Shown: positions 26,301-39,283 of the stretch, piece by piece
How the letters are laid out: every line of letters starts with the position of its first letter
Numbering within the stretch: position 1 is the stretch's first letter
Assembly: GCA_012295275.1 (NCBI GenBank)
Contig: CM022671.1
Coordinates: forward strand, 19,778,001 to 19,842,000
Direction: 5' to 3'
Origin: Chrysomallon squamiferum
Taxonomy: Eukaryota; Animalia; Mollusca
Length of the DNA: 64,000 bases
Notes under the pieces: model-generated
The model's input: only the letters and a program-made list of their open reading frames with translations
Databases searched by the model: none
What the model was told of the DNA's origin: nothing
Translations under genes and position numbers: made by a program

Positions 26301-29300
26301 AGATTTGGTTTCTTTCTCCTTTTGTTTTGGAACTGACATTAATACAGTTAACTGCTCTCAACTTAGAATAAAATAATAAATGTATATTTTAAAAGTCATA
26401 TAAATAACATAAAGCAAAAAGGGAGTCTTAGTATATATTCAGTTTATTAAAAATATGAAAGAAAATACGAGTCGATGTTGATACTTAGACTAGTTGGTTT
26501 TTTATTAGTTGCAGGTAAAGTTTGAAGAAATAGGTAATCAGTTGGAGGAGAAGACCAATAAAGTGACTGAACTGCAGTCAGTGCTAGATGAAAAACAAGC
26601 CAGAATTAGTGACACTCAACAGCAAAGTGAACAACAGATGAGCAAGTTATCTGAAGCATTGCAGGAACTCTCTAATGTACGAATATCTATGTACAGATTG
26701 CACCTGCAAACACTTTCTTCCATTTATTTCTTATTTTTACTCTTCAGGTTCACAGGTTTTGTTTTCTATTTTTGTCATTTAAAAGAGTAATATATTTCTG
26801 AAAAACAAAAAGGAAATATTTTTATTGTATAACTAAAGTCAAGTTAGTTAATTATCTATTTGTCATGTTATTATAAAAATAGTTCTACTATTCAGGTACA
26901 GTCATCACTTCAGGAGAAGAATGATCTTCTTGAAAAACTTCAGAAGGAGATGGCTGTATCAAAATATGAGTCTCAAAATTTTTTCTGCAGAAAGAACAGA
27001 ATCTGAATGACATGAAGATGGAACTGGATAAAGTGAGAACTTACATTTATTTGTATTAATGAAGTATTAATGATAAACATTTTATCTTTTGAAATAACCA
27101 AAATTGTAATTAATAAAAATATAATATTTTGATAAATGCTAAAATTTTAGTATGTTTTGTTTTGATATTTTAAGAGACATTAAGAAAAAAAAAATAATAA
27201 TAATAATAATAATAACAGAAAAAGATGAAGATGATGCAGATTATCAGATCTATGAACATTCTTAGGTTTTCTAATTTTATATTATTATTGCTGTTTTCTT
27301 ACTTTTGTTTTTTTATTTTATTTTCAGTTTCAGGAGAAGCTTGAACAGACACAGAATCAGTTACAGGAGAAGACGAGTAAGCTGACTGAACTGCAGACTA
27401 CACTAGATGAGAAACTTGCCAGGATCAGTCATCTGGAACAAGAGAGTGAACATCAAAAGAATAAGTTGTCTGAGACTCAGCAAGAACTTACGAATGTAAA
27501 TCTGTTATTTTTATATATACAGCATATACTAAGAACTGTATTACATTTTATACACATGTTATTTTGACAGTTAACATTTTGTGCATCATATTTGTTATTC
27601 TGAATTATATTTCTTATGTGTTCGATGCTAAAAAATCATTCTTCTTCAAACTATTATTTTACTCTGAATTTTAGGACTTACTAAGAATATTTCTATCTTA
27701 TTCAGCCTGCCAAGCCTCATTCTGTATATGGCTTTATCTGAAACAGAATATGTATTTTGTCTTGTCACAAAGTGGAATTGCTAAAGTCATTTTTGACAAT
27801 CAGTTGAAAAAATTGGAGATGTACTAATATTTAATGATCAGTTTAGGATGTAACTTCTGTTTAGTGTTTGTTTTAAAGATGAACTCAGACTTTGATCAGT
27901 ACATCATATCTTTTTAAGATTTCTTTATATGCTATTTTGATTTAGGTGCATATTTTTATTCATCATTTTTAAAAACCTTTCAATATGTTTTTTGTTTTGT
28001 TATTTTAATCTTATTATTATTATTAATGTAGTTACAAGCATCTCTAATGGATAAAGACAGCAGTGTTGAAAATTTCCAGAAAGTGATCTCTGATCTCAGA
28101 GCTGAATCACAGAATTTGCTGCATCGGAAAGAACAACAACTGAATGAGACAAAATTAGAACTGGAAAAAGTAACAGTATTTTCTAATACAAAATTAAATG
28201 TCATTTACATTTTAAATAAATAACAAAAATGACAGATACTAACAAAGTACATATGTTTCTGATTTTAATTTTTTTTTTTTTTTTTCTTTTTTTTTGTAAA
28301 AAACATTATTTATATTCCAGTATGTGTACGTATCTGGGGCTTAGTTGTGTTTTTGTGTATACAATTACTTAATAATCTTCTTTGGTAGGCTCAAGCAAGC
28401 CTGGAAACCAAAGACTCTCAGCTTGAAGACCTCACAAGTCAGTTACAGTCAGTCAGCAGACAGTATCAAGATGACGTTAGCTTGACATTTTTTATTTATT
28501 TATTTATTTGTGTGTGTATATATATATATATAAATAATAGTTATTTTACATACATCAACAAAAATACATTAGTATACATAGAAATATAATCATGATATAC
28601 ATACATACATACATAAGTACAATTTTAATTACAGTCCTGTATATAATTTCCCAAAGCCTTTGATGAATAAATTATGCCTCTGTTTACGTAATTGTTATAT
28701 TAGTATAACTGAGGTGACAGACACACACACACACACACATGCATGCAGAGACACACACAGACATATACACAATTACGTATGAAGTGCTGTCTTTCTATGA
28801 TTTTAGAGTGTTGCCCATGATGAAGTAAAACATCAGTTAAGGGACAAAGAGGTTCAATTAGAAGAAGAAGTTAGAAAATGTCAGACACGGTATGAACTCT
28901 GATATTTTAAATTAAATAATTTCAGATAAAAACTCATTTATATTAAAAAAAAAAGTATTTAAAAAAAGTTGGTCAATGTAGCATTTAACTTTAAAAAAGT
29001 ATTAAAATAACAAGTATATTTTTAAAAATTAAATTCACTTATAACATTTGTCTTTGTATGTGTGATTTGTTTATAAATTGGGGTTTAAATGATAAAATTT
29101 TAATTATTTTTCAACAGAGAACAAAAGATAAATGAATTAGAATCTTTGATAGAAAGCAGCAAAAATGAGTTACAGAGACTGGAGAATGAGAGAGGAGATT
29201 TGTTTGCTAAGGTAACTGACTTATCTTGATAAAAAAAATACACTTGTATAAGAGCATACATTAGGCTATGTTGTGCTATTCTTATTTTTACAGGAAAAAA

Positions 29301-29600
29301 ACTAAACTATTCATAGGATTATATGAATGTTTTACAAATGATAAAGGAAAATATTACGTTAAATTTCAGAAATGCTTTAAATATACAAATACAATCTTTT
29401 GCTTTTAGATAGAGGCAGGTGAAGGTATTGATGCAACTCTCAATCAGTTGAAACAAGAAAATGTGAGTACTTTATCTGGAACATTAAAATTTGCTCTTGT
29501 GACAGTTAATAATTATTTGTTTGTAATACATTAAATACATGTCATTTATTTAGAAATAAAAACTGACCTCTATTATTTAATTAGTTTATGGTTAAAGAAA

Positions 29601-29602
<2 letters not shown>

Positions 29603-29645
<43 letters not shown>

Positions 29646-29657
29646 TGTTTGTGTTTG
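29603..29657. repeat. (GT)n microsatellite
   Basis: Directly visible. Confidence 0.97.
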
Positions 29658-31384
29658 TTATGGGTAGTCTGTCTTCCAAAATACTAATATTTTATTATCT
29701 CAGTGAACATCCATCTTTACTTCCAGGCAAGTTTGCAAGAGAAAGTTGCCAGTCTTCGAGAAAGCCTTCAGACTCAGACATCAGAAAGTAATCAGAAACA
29801 AGAGGCATTTCATAAACAACTTCAGGAACTCAAAGGTCAGTTGCAGGCTGCATTGGACAAGGAGCAGAAACTTCAGAACTCTCTAGAGGAGAAGTCAGAA
29901 AAATTAAACACTCTAATGCAAAAGAACCAGCAGCTTGAAGCAGATCTAACCACCAAGGTGAGTTTTATGTAAAGCAGTCTCAATTATTTTGTAATCACAT
30001 AAATAATTATTTTTAATAATTAAATATTTTTCTGACAACATCACAATTAACCTACAAAACTATTTGGTCCTCAGTGAGCCAAATCACGTGTGCTAACAGA
30101 AATGTATACTTTTATTATTGTTTTTATATTCATTGCAAAAAAATGATGAAAATCATGAAATCAAACTTTCAGAATACTTTTATAATCTTTTTTGGTTTTT
30201 GTTTTAACAATTATAAAATTTAAATATATATAATCTGAATTTTACTACAAAATGTAGAATAGTTGATACAGTTATCAGCCATCTTATTAATTTAGACATT
30301 TCAAACAATAACAGTGGGGTTTTTTTGTGTTTTTTTTTAAATTGCTTTTATCTCTGCAGAATGAGTTACTTCTTGCAGCAGAAGCGGCTAAAACAAGCCA
30401 GAGAGTGGATTTAGAAAACCGCATTAAGACACATGAAAACTTTGCAGCAAAACAAAAATGCTGAGCTTGCTAAAGTCAGACAGCAGTTGGAACAGGTATC
30501 TGTTTTAGGACTAACTGCTGGTTTAAAGAAGATTGTATTTATGAAATTCAGTAGCGTTATGTGTAATTTATTATTTATAAAGATTATGTCCTTATAGCTG
30601 GAGTATTTTTTGTTTGATTTATTGAATTATTTTGAATAAATACATTTAAAATTTTTATTTTTATTTATAATAAGAATGTAGTAAATAATTGTTTCCTCAA
30701 AGGATGAGGATTGATCTTTTATTTAATTTTCGAATTTTTATAATAATTAGATTTTTTTAATTAGTAATTAGAAAAGGTTCAGATTTACAAATATGTTTAC
30801 TGACTGTGTTCAAAAGAAAAATATTATTCATTTAATTAACTAATTCACATAATAATTCATTGATTTGAAAATAAAACAAGTACATGAATAAAAAACCTGT
30901 CATATTTTGTTCTTGGAGATTGTAATTGATTTTGATTAACGTAATAAGAAAGATACATTTCTTTTCATCTTAAATAACAAAATGAAAAAAGTATTATAAA
31001 ACATTTATAAAGTAAGTTTTTTATTTTGTTTGTTAACAGACTCAAGCAGAGGTTTCACAGAAAAAAGATAAAATAACTGAGTTGGAAGTTTGTGTGAAGG
31101 AGCATGGTGAAAAGTTTACACAGTTGCAATTGCAATGTAATACACTCGAACGAGAACTTAGTGAAAAGGTAGGTCATGGAATTACTTTTAGTAATTGAAT
31201 AGCCTCTCAGTTACAAAAAGTATACTTGTGGTTATACAAAGCAGTTGACTGAAATAAATGTTGTAAACTTGAATGTAATTTTTATAATTAATCATTAAAA
31301 CCAACCTTTACTAATAATAAATGAGCAATGCCTGTTTCAGTGGAATAATATTTGCTCAAAATGTTGTGATTGATTCCTCATACT

Positions 31385-31500
31385 CAATCCATTTGTTTAA
31401 TTCCCATTCCAGCCTGTGCTGATAGCTGGTATTACAAAGGTTTGTGGCATGGACTGTCCTCTCTGTGGGATTATGCTTATGAAAGATACCATGATGCAGT
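31385..31500 (+). mobile_element. Degenerate Nin/Deu-domain SINE remnant
   Basis: ttcccattccagcctgtgct..ctggtattacaaaggtttgtggcatggactgtcctctctgtgggattatgcttatgaaagatacc resembles the remembered Nin/Deu core (TTCCAGCCAGTGC..CTGGT..CAAAGGCCGTGGTATGTGCTATCCTGTCTGTGGGA..TAAAAGATCCC). Recognised from memory only. Confidence 0.45.
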
Positions 31501-34500
31501 TAGTTGTAAAAATTGATTTCAGAATAAAAAATATTCATTTATGGTTTTAGTTTTCTTTATTTTTTTTATTTTATTTTTTTTTAAACCTATATGTAGCCAA
31601 AGCCTGGTTATACTGAAAATATTCTGTTTAATAATTAATTTTCTTTTTCACAGAAAGTGGCTGTTAAAGAGCTGGATGCTGAAAAGAAGGAAACAAAGAA
31701 AAACTTGACAGTTGCTCAGAAATCTCTGAATGAAACAAAAGCAGAACTGGTTAAAATGGAACAAAATGTAGAAAATGTGAGTTATTCATATTTATGTTGT
31801 ATTTTTTTCAGTTGTTTTTTTAATTATTATAGTATCCTGTTTTGTGAACATCTCCAATCCAAACCAATATATATATATATATCATTCAAATAGCTAGGGT
31901 TCATCATGGATGTTTTGTGTTTCTACAAAATAATAGAAAGAAATTAATCTTTATTTACATCCTTAGAATTTTTCTTAAATTTCTGACATTTTGTTATGTT
32001 TGTTTTTCTAAATATATATATTCCATATTTGGAATCTCTAGCACAAACAGTTTTTGTGCAATTTCTTTACCAAAATGTTAGGGTATTACAAAAAACAATA
32101 TTTGATAAAAAATAAAAAAATGAATGCAGTTTTATAGACCATATTTCTACTTATTATGGCTATAAGAATGATGTTATCTCTGTATATACACTTTCTTTTG
32201 CAAAAAACCTAAATGGTCATGTTAAAAACTAAAAAAAACTTTTTTGTTTGTTCATATTGTCATTTTTCACCTAGCCTGTCCCTTTAAGTTTTGGATCTTT
32301 TGCCAGTAAAAAAAAAAAAAAAAAAAATACTTATGACCATTTTTACACTGGATGTTTTATTATTATTATTTTTTTTTTTAATTTATTTTCATGTTTATCA
32401 TTAAAATATGTAATCTGTTTTACAGTATTCAACAAGTATAAAACAATTTCCCTTCAGCAACTAAAGTAAAGATTTTAATATAAAATGTTTGATTTTTCAC
32501 AGGCCACTAAATCACATTCCAGTGAGGTAAATGCCTTAAAAGAATCAGTTTCACAGCTTAATTCTGAAAAACAGAAAATGCAAGAGAAAATAGAACAGCA
32601 GGTATATTTATAATTTTTTAATAAGTTAATTGCTAGATATATTAAAATGAAGCTTTATTGTTGTCTCTGTGTGTATGTGAGCACATAAACATACAAATAA
32701 CCTAATATATTTTGTATACTTCATTTAATATTATTCATTTATTACTAAAAATAAAGATTAACAGCTTTCCTAATATTAGATTGACAGCTTAAATATGTTC
32801 ACAGATGTTTGCAAAAATACAAATATTAAGTGTTGGTAAACAAATATTTATTTACTAAATTTTAGTATGCACAGTTGGGAGAGAAAGATGGCTTGTTAAA
32901 AAGTTCAGGTTCACAGCTTGAAGAGACGAAGAAGGAGTTAGAAACCACTAGAAACAGACTAGCAGATGTTGAAAAAGAGTTTGAGAAAGTTAGTCAGTTT
33001 AACAAATTATAATATTTTACACAAGTAGTTATCAAAAACATTTTCATTACTCTTCGGTCATTCCATAGTGTGTAAAGAATTTTAATATACAATGTATTTT
33101 GAAAGACAGGAGGAATGCATATCAACTGTCTTTATTGCTTCCTCAGAAGTTATTTCAAAAACTTTTGGAACCCTTTTTTAAACAAATTATATTCAAGGAA
33201 TAGTGTACTAGAATGTTCACAGAAATGGAAGAAAAATAATATTTAAATAAAATAAAGAAATAAAATATTTTTTATCCCAAATTCAAAAAAACAAAACAAA
33301 AAATTAAATGAAATATTAATCATTTTAAAAGATAATTATCTTTTCCATTTCAGACTAAAGAAAGTCATTCCAATGACGTATCAACGTTAAAAAGCTTGTT
33401 GGAAAATGAGAAAGTAGAAAATAACAAAAATAAAGAAAATTTGAAACAGCAGGTAATCTGATTTTTGTTCCGCTCTAGTTTATTTATATAAGTCTAATTT
33501 CCCAAACAAAATAGAATTATAGTATTTTTGTAAATTCAATAATTAATTAATCAAAATGCTATCTTTTTAATGTAATTCATCCTTTTCTTTGTTCAGTACC
33601 TACAGAATGCATCTGAAACATTATCTTAATTTATAGATTTTATAACTTTTTAAAAATAAAACCTGAAAAAAACCAACTAGCTAAGCTTTTTATCATTAAC
33701 AAATTTTTTTCCTGACAGGAATAGTAAATATGCCAGGGTTGACATTGAATCAGTTGAATCATATGACTCACCGTTCTCAATCCAGCTCGGTAACCTCTGT
33801 GTTATACTTACTCTTTTTTTTTTTTTTTTTTTTCAATTGTTTCTTTCATTCAGATGGCAGTACTGATTGAAGAAAAGAACAAAGGTGTTGAGACAGAACT
33901 GGCTGAATACATTGGAAAGTTGCAGACACGAGAACAGGAAATGAATGATTTGAAGAAGAGTTCAAAAGAAGAGAAGGTAATTCAAATCTAATAAATAATT
34001 ATTTGTATTAATTATATGACACACATATAGGATTTGATATAATAATGATAGAAGAGAGAAGAAATGTTTAACCCATTTTGTATGAAAGGATTTCATAAAT
34101 ATGGTCTATAACATTTTATGGAACTATAGCTAAAATATTTGTTTATTAATAAAATTATTTTTATTTTAGTCAAAACATGAAAGTGAAGTAAATAAACTGC
34201 AGTCAGAATTTAAGTCAAAGGAAGATGAATGGAAACAGAAACTACAGGCAATAGAAGAGGAACTTAAAAAAAAAAAATCAGGTACTCAAACATCTTAACT
34301 GCATTTCTACAATAACAATTGATATATAATGAAATGAAAAAAGAATTAACCACATTAAATATTTATTTCTTACAGTGAATATTATTATTTTATTTTTATT
34401 TTCAGGATACTGAGAAAGCTAAGGAAAAAATAATTTCAGAATTAACAGAACAGGTAAAAATCCATTATTTTCAAACAAATATAACATTTTTGTATTATTA

Positions 34501-36007
34501 TTATTATTTTTTTTTTACAAATGTTATTTATATAAGAGCAAATAATATGTATTATGCTAGAACAAGCCTGTAGCATGTTAAACATTTCTTTTAAAAATCC
34601 TTCATACTTTTTTCAATTCAGAAAAGTTTGATTTCCTAACCATGAATATACGTGAGCTGTTTGATAAATCAAATTCAAATTAAAAAACCAGGATTGATGA
34701 AAAAAGAAAGCAGTAGTCAAAACAATATAAATATTAATTATGATACTATTACATAAAACTGATACATGAATATACTTAAGTTTGAAGTTTTTATACTAAA
34801 TGTATCTTATGTATTACAACAGAAGTCTAGCTTGGAGAATAAAATACAGGGACTAGAACAAAGAAGAGAAGAATTAGAGAAACATACTACAGAATTACAA
34901 GAGCAGTTAACACTTCAGGTAAACTATTGAGAGAGATACAGAGACCAAAAGAGAACAAGAGTGAGTGAGTGAGTGAGTGTAAAATCTCAATGCAGGTCTT
35001 TATAACTTTTTCCACAAACTGATATGATTTTTATTTAAGATTTGTGTTTGTCACTTATACAATTTTCTCCTAAAAATGGCATTAAATATAACTTTTTGTA
35101 TTAATAATTAGCTGTAATCTTTCATTATTATTATTATTACTGATACACTGATTGTAAAATAAAAATACTGAAAAAACAGTTATCCATTAAACATTTTCTG
35201 ATAAGCTACAGAAGGGAACAACTTAAATAACTTTGAAAACTAAACTAATATTAATGGAAATTTCTAATGAAATTTAAAGATATCTTTTAGTCATATAAAA
35301 AAAAATAATATTGTTATGGAAAAATGGCAGTCATCTCTTCAGTTTAATCTAAATGTTAATACCGTGTTAGCTTTTTAAATGGTGCAAAATAGTTAGAACC
35401 TGTTTTAAAAATAAACAACAATAAACAAATCTAATTTGTCTTTACACAAGATGCATGATTACATACCACTGTTATTTCTCCATCTTTTTTTCAATCTGCT
35501 CCAGATTACACACAACTGTAGGCATGTCTGGTCGATCCTTCTTCTTACGTTCAGACACACAAGACAAGGCACACTGTAACATTTTCAGTATCACTACATC
35601 CTCACACTGCCCTGCTTTCTTATCCTGAAACACATTCAGCCGTGTCTGTAACTTCAACAAAATGGCTGGCCTGAAATAAAAAAAAAATAATAGTAATAAA
35701 AATTCAGTTTAAAAAAAAATTATACGATGATATTTAATAAAATGAAGGTGTTTGTAATGGGTTTTTTAAATATATTGTTACAAAAATAATATTTCCCAAA
35801 ATTGTTGCTATCACTTCAAGATTTTCAAATTTATTGCATAAAAAGTCAAAGGAATGTCACCTATTAAACTGCGATATTCATCTAACTAGTGCATGGCAAA
35901 AAGTCATCTTAGTGACAAAGTACTGCTTCTACTGAATTTTACCACATTTAAACGATTTTAAAGTAATGTTGCAAAAAGTTATCTAACTTCACTGACGTTT
36001 CCGAAAA

Positions 36008-36101
36008 ATGATAATAATGATAATATAAAGATAACGATAATGATAACAATAATGACAATGGCAATAGCAACAGCAACAGCAACAGCAATAACAATAACAA
36101 A
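36008..36101. repeat. Degenerate trinucleotide/hexanucleotide repeat (GAT/AAT/CAA/CAG)
   Basis: gataataatgataat...gcaacagcaacagcaacagcaataacaataac within an IRAK intron. Confidence 0.85.
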
Positions 36102-37275
36102 TAGAAAAGCTACTTACAATAAACTTATGAGGCTCTCGTCTTTCATCATAAGCCTTTTCACCACTGCAGATTTCAAGCAGCACCTAATAGAAAACAATGT
36201 ATGAGATTGAACTCATTTTATAACATTCTGTGCAGTGAAATATTCTGATGTTATCAGAAATTTATTTATTTATTAGTATTATAAACAAACTTTTTAATAT
36301 ATTTTTTATTACATACATACAGTAAATTAAAAAAAATTGGGCAATCAAATGTTTGATTAAACAAATACTATATAACTGTTTGTTTGCTTTATTTCTTACT
36401 GCATTTTTCTTCTTTTTTTTTTTCTTTTCTTTTCTGTTTTGTTTTCTTTTTTGACCTGATAGATAAATTTGCTGTGTAAATTAACAACTCACAACTCCAA
36501 ATGCATAAACATCCGACTTGACAGACATCTGACTTCCTCTCATCACCTCAGGTGCGAAGTATGCCTTTGTACCATAGATCTTAGAATTCATTCCTTTCTT
36601 AGTGATGTGAGTGAACTGACCAGTGAGGGAGCCACCAGTGGCATGCTGAGCTTGACCAAGATCTCCAATTTTAGCTTCAAACTGTCGATCAAGCAGAATG
36701 TTAGCACTAAAAGAAAACAAAAAAATATTCTGAATTCTAGTTTAAAAATTAAAATTATTCAATAAATAGAAATCAAATCGCTTTTTCTCAAGCTCAAAAT
36801 TAAATTTCTTGTAACCAAAAGAATTGCACATTAATAGTTTCGTGCTTGTTTTATGCATCTGGAAAGAAATTGCCAATTCTGATGAATAATTATAGTTTTC
36901 AAAAATTTGTGTTATATCAGACATTTCTTTACAATTATTGTTTATAAATATTTACATTTTATTATTAACAAAAATTGGTTCACTAACATTTATAAATAAA
37001 CAAAGTACATGGAACAAATGCCAAATATTAGTAATTAATGTTTTGCACTTTTATGGATGGGAAAGAGGCAATACTATTGCTGCTTCTTTATTTATAATGA
37101 CTTTCTGCTTAATTACCTTTTGATATCTCCATGGATGAGTGGTTTTTCTCCTATTGTATGAAAGTACTGGAGACCCATTGCAGCCCCAAGTGCAATGGAA
37201 ATACGTTTCTCCCAATTCAGAGGTTGAGAGTTCTTCTGCAAATGATTGAAAAATTACATAGAAGTTTATTTATAA

Positions 37276-37293
37276 CTTAAAAGATAAGACAGA

Positions 37294-37343
<50 letters not shown>
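37276..37343. repeat. (TG)n microsatellite
   Basis: Directly visible. Confidence 0.97.
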
Positions 37344-37346
<3 letters not shown>

Positions 37347-38473
37347 AAACAAAGCAAAACAAAACAAGAACATGAAAATAATAGATCCAACCAGAGAAAT
37401 GTAAGAATTCTAAAATATTTCACTATATTACATGATATTATTTTAGAAATTAACCTTAGACACTGATTCTTTTCACTACAATTGTAATGTGTAAATATTT
37501 AAGCAGTCTACAGTTTTTAATTCCATAAAACCAAACAATCAGAAAGAGTGCAAGTAAATCATTATTTTCTACAGGACAGATTTTCTTAAATGGCTATGTC
37601 ACCTATTAAAATATTCATCTAATTAGTGCTTATCGAAATAAGCATAAAATTATTATTATTATTATTAACAGTAACAGTAGTAGTATTTTAATAATACATT
37701 TATAGCCTGGTTCTTTTAAGGTGTATTTTCTTCAAAGTAGACATACATTTTATTATACAAATTTAATCTGAAGATAACGATAAAACATACAGTGCACTGT
37801 AACCTGTCTTCCAGAGATCCATTACCCATGTACTGGTAGACAAGACAGAGTGATGGGCCATCTAAAGCATATCCGTAAAGTGTAACAATATTTTCAAGTC
37901 TGTATCTGCAATTATAAATCACAAATATATAACATTATCCAATTATTAATATTACCACTAAAAATATTGGAAATACAGGGTCATTAGAAAGTCCCACTAT
38001 ACTTTTAAATTTTAATGAAATGGAAATGTCTCGACAGATTTGAACAAAATTAGTCATGAACTTTCTATAGACTGCTAGAATTTGTCACATTTGTGTAATA
38101 TCTCTAAATATTTCAATAAAATATTATAAACAGTTTGTACATGATGACAAGTATACACACACACACACAAATAAATACACACACACACACACACACACAC
38201 GCACGCACACATACACACATATATTCGGATTTATAACCACAGAAGTGTTAGCTCTGGAAAGTATCAAAGTTAGGAAGCTTTAAACTACTGAAAGATGATG
38301 TAAATTTTAAAATCCTGCAATTTAATAACTATAGAATACAAACCTGAGCAAAGCACCAAGTTCTGATGCCATTTGCTGATGTTTTTCTGCATACACATTT
38401 GTTGTAATATCCTGTTGTAATATCCAGAAATATAAAATAAAATACATATATATCCATGTATCTATATCTACAT

Positions 38474-38486
38474 CTCTCTCTCTCTC

Positions 38487-38580
<94 letters not shown>
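38474..38580. repeat. Compound (TC)(TG)n(TA)n microsatellite
   Basis: Directly visible; abuts the transposon left end. Confidence 0.97.
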
Positions 38581-38581
<1 letters not shown>

Positions 38582-39269
38582 AGTGGTACCTTGACTTATG
38601 AGTTTAATTCGTTCCATTCCCAACCGAAGTTAACTGAAATACCATTAATCCATTCCAGCCCCCAAAACCCCCATTTTTTTGTAATGTGTTTTTAAATAAG
38701 GAAAATGTATTTATAAATGACAAATATTGAACAAAAACAAAATAAAAGAGAATGTAAAGAAATAAACTGGTTTTGTAAAGTGTATTTATCTTGGAGGTCA
38801 GACGAATTATTTTAACTCATTTGGCTAGACTTACAGCCTTTATTGACTCCTGCTTCAGTATGGTACTATGCACATACTGTCTAGCTAAGTTAACAACATG
38901 CACACCTCCTCTTTCATGTTTTTCTATGATTTCAAGCTTTAATTCAATAGACATCATCCTCTTCTTCTTCTCAGCACTGCTCTTTGCATTCATTTTATTA
39001 TGATCCATGGTCAGAAAAAAGAAATTTAGCAAAATACTTCACAAAATGTGAAATAACACAACAGAGATGCTTCCGTGGTGAGGTAACCATGTGGACTAAA
39101 CGAGTGAGATATGGGATGCTGGCCAGATGTTCTGTTGTTCACTGCAGCAACTAGTGGTGACATATCTAAAGATTGCTCATAACTTGGATTTTGGCTCACA
39201 ACTCAAAGCAAACAATCAACCAAACTACTGCTCATAACTCGAAAAACTTGTAAGTGAAGGTATCACTAG
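38581..39269 (-). mobile_element. Internally deleted Tigger/pogo-family DNA transposon in an IRAK intron
   Basis: Imperfect terminal inverted repeats: TA|CAGTGGTACCTTGACTTATGAGTTT at 38581 and AAACTTGTAAGTGAAGGTATCACT at ~39244-39267. Remnant N-terminal HTH-psq peptide KKKRMMSIELKLEIIEKHERGGVHVVNLARQY..STILKQESIK (ORF 39032-38817). No DDE domain. Confidence 0.8.
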
Positions 39270-39270
39270 A

Positions 39271-39283
39271 TGTGTGTGTGTGT

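Larger units (their letters stand above)
24339..34918 (+). pseudogene. EEA1: EEA1 (early endosome antigen 1) internal coiled-coil fragment, 23 exons, truncated at both ends, frameshifted
   Basis: Exons 24339-24479, 24837-24905, 25191-25296, 25778-25945, 26509-26676, 26896-27032, 27328-27495, 28032-28169, 28389-28475, 28807-28889, 29118-29211, 29409-29462, 29727-29957, 30360-30495, 31040-31168, 31654-31776, 32503-32601, 32866-32988, 33354-33452, 33854-33976, 34170-34281, 34406-34453, 34823-34918. EEA1 signatures: RPGAEDVLVLKQELISVQTLMDKMTLERE, DLFAKIEAGEG, ELLLAAEAAKTSQRVDL. Three exons are out of phase (137, 136, 112 nt). No C2H2 or FYVE exons found. Confidence 0.85.

Noticed and set aside
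38322-38695. THTHTH/CVCVCV ORFs
   Set aside because: Microsatellite translations; only 38411-38344 is a real exon.
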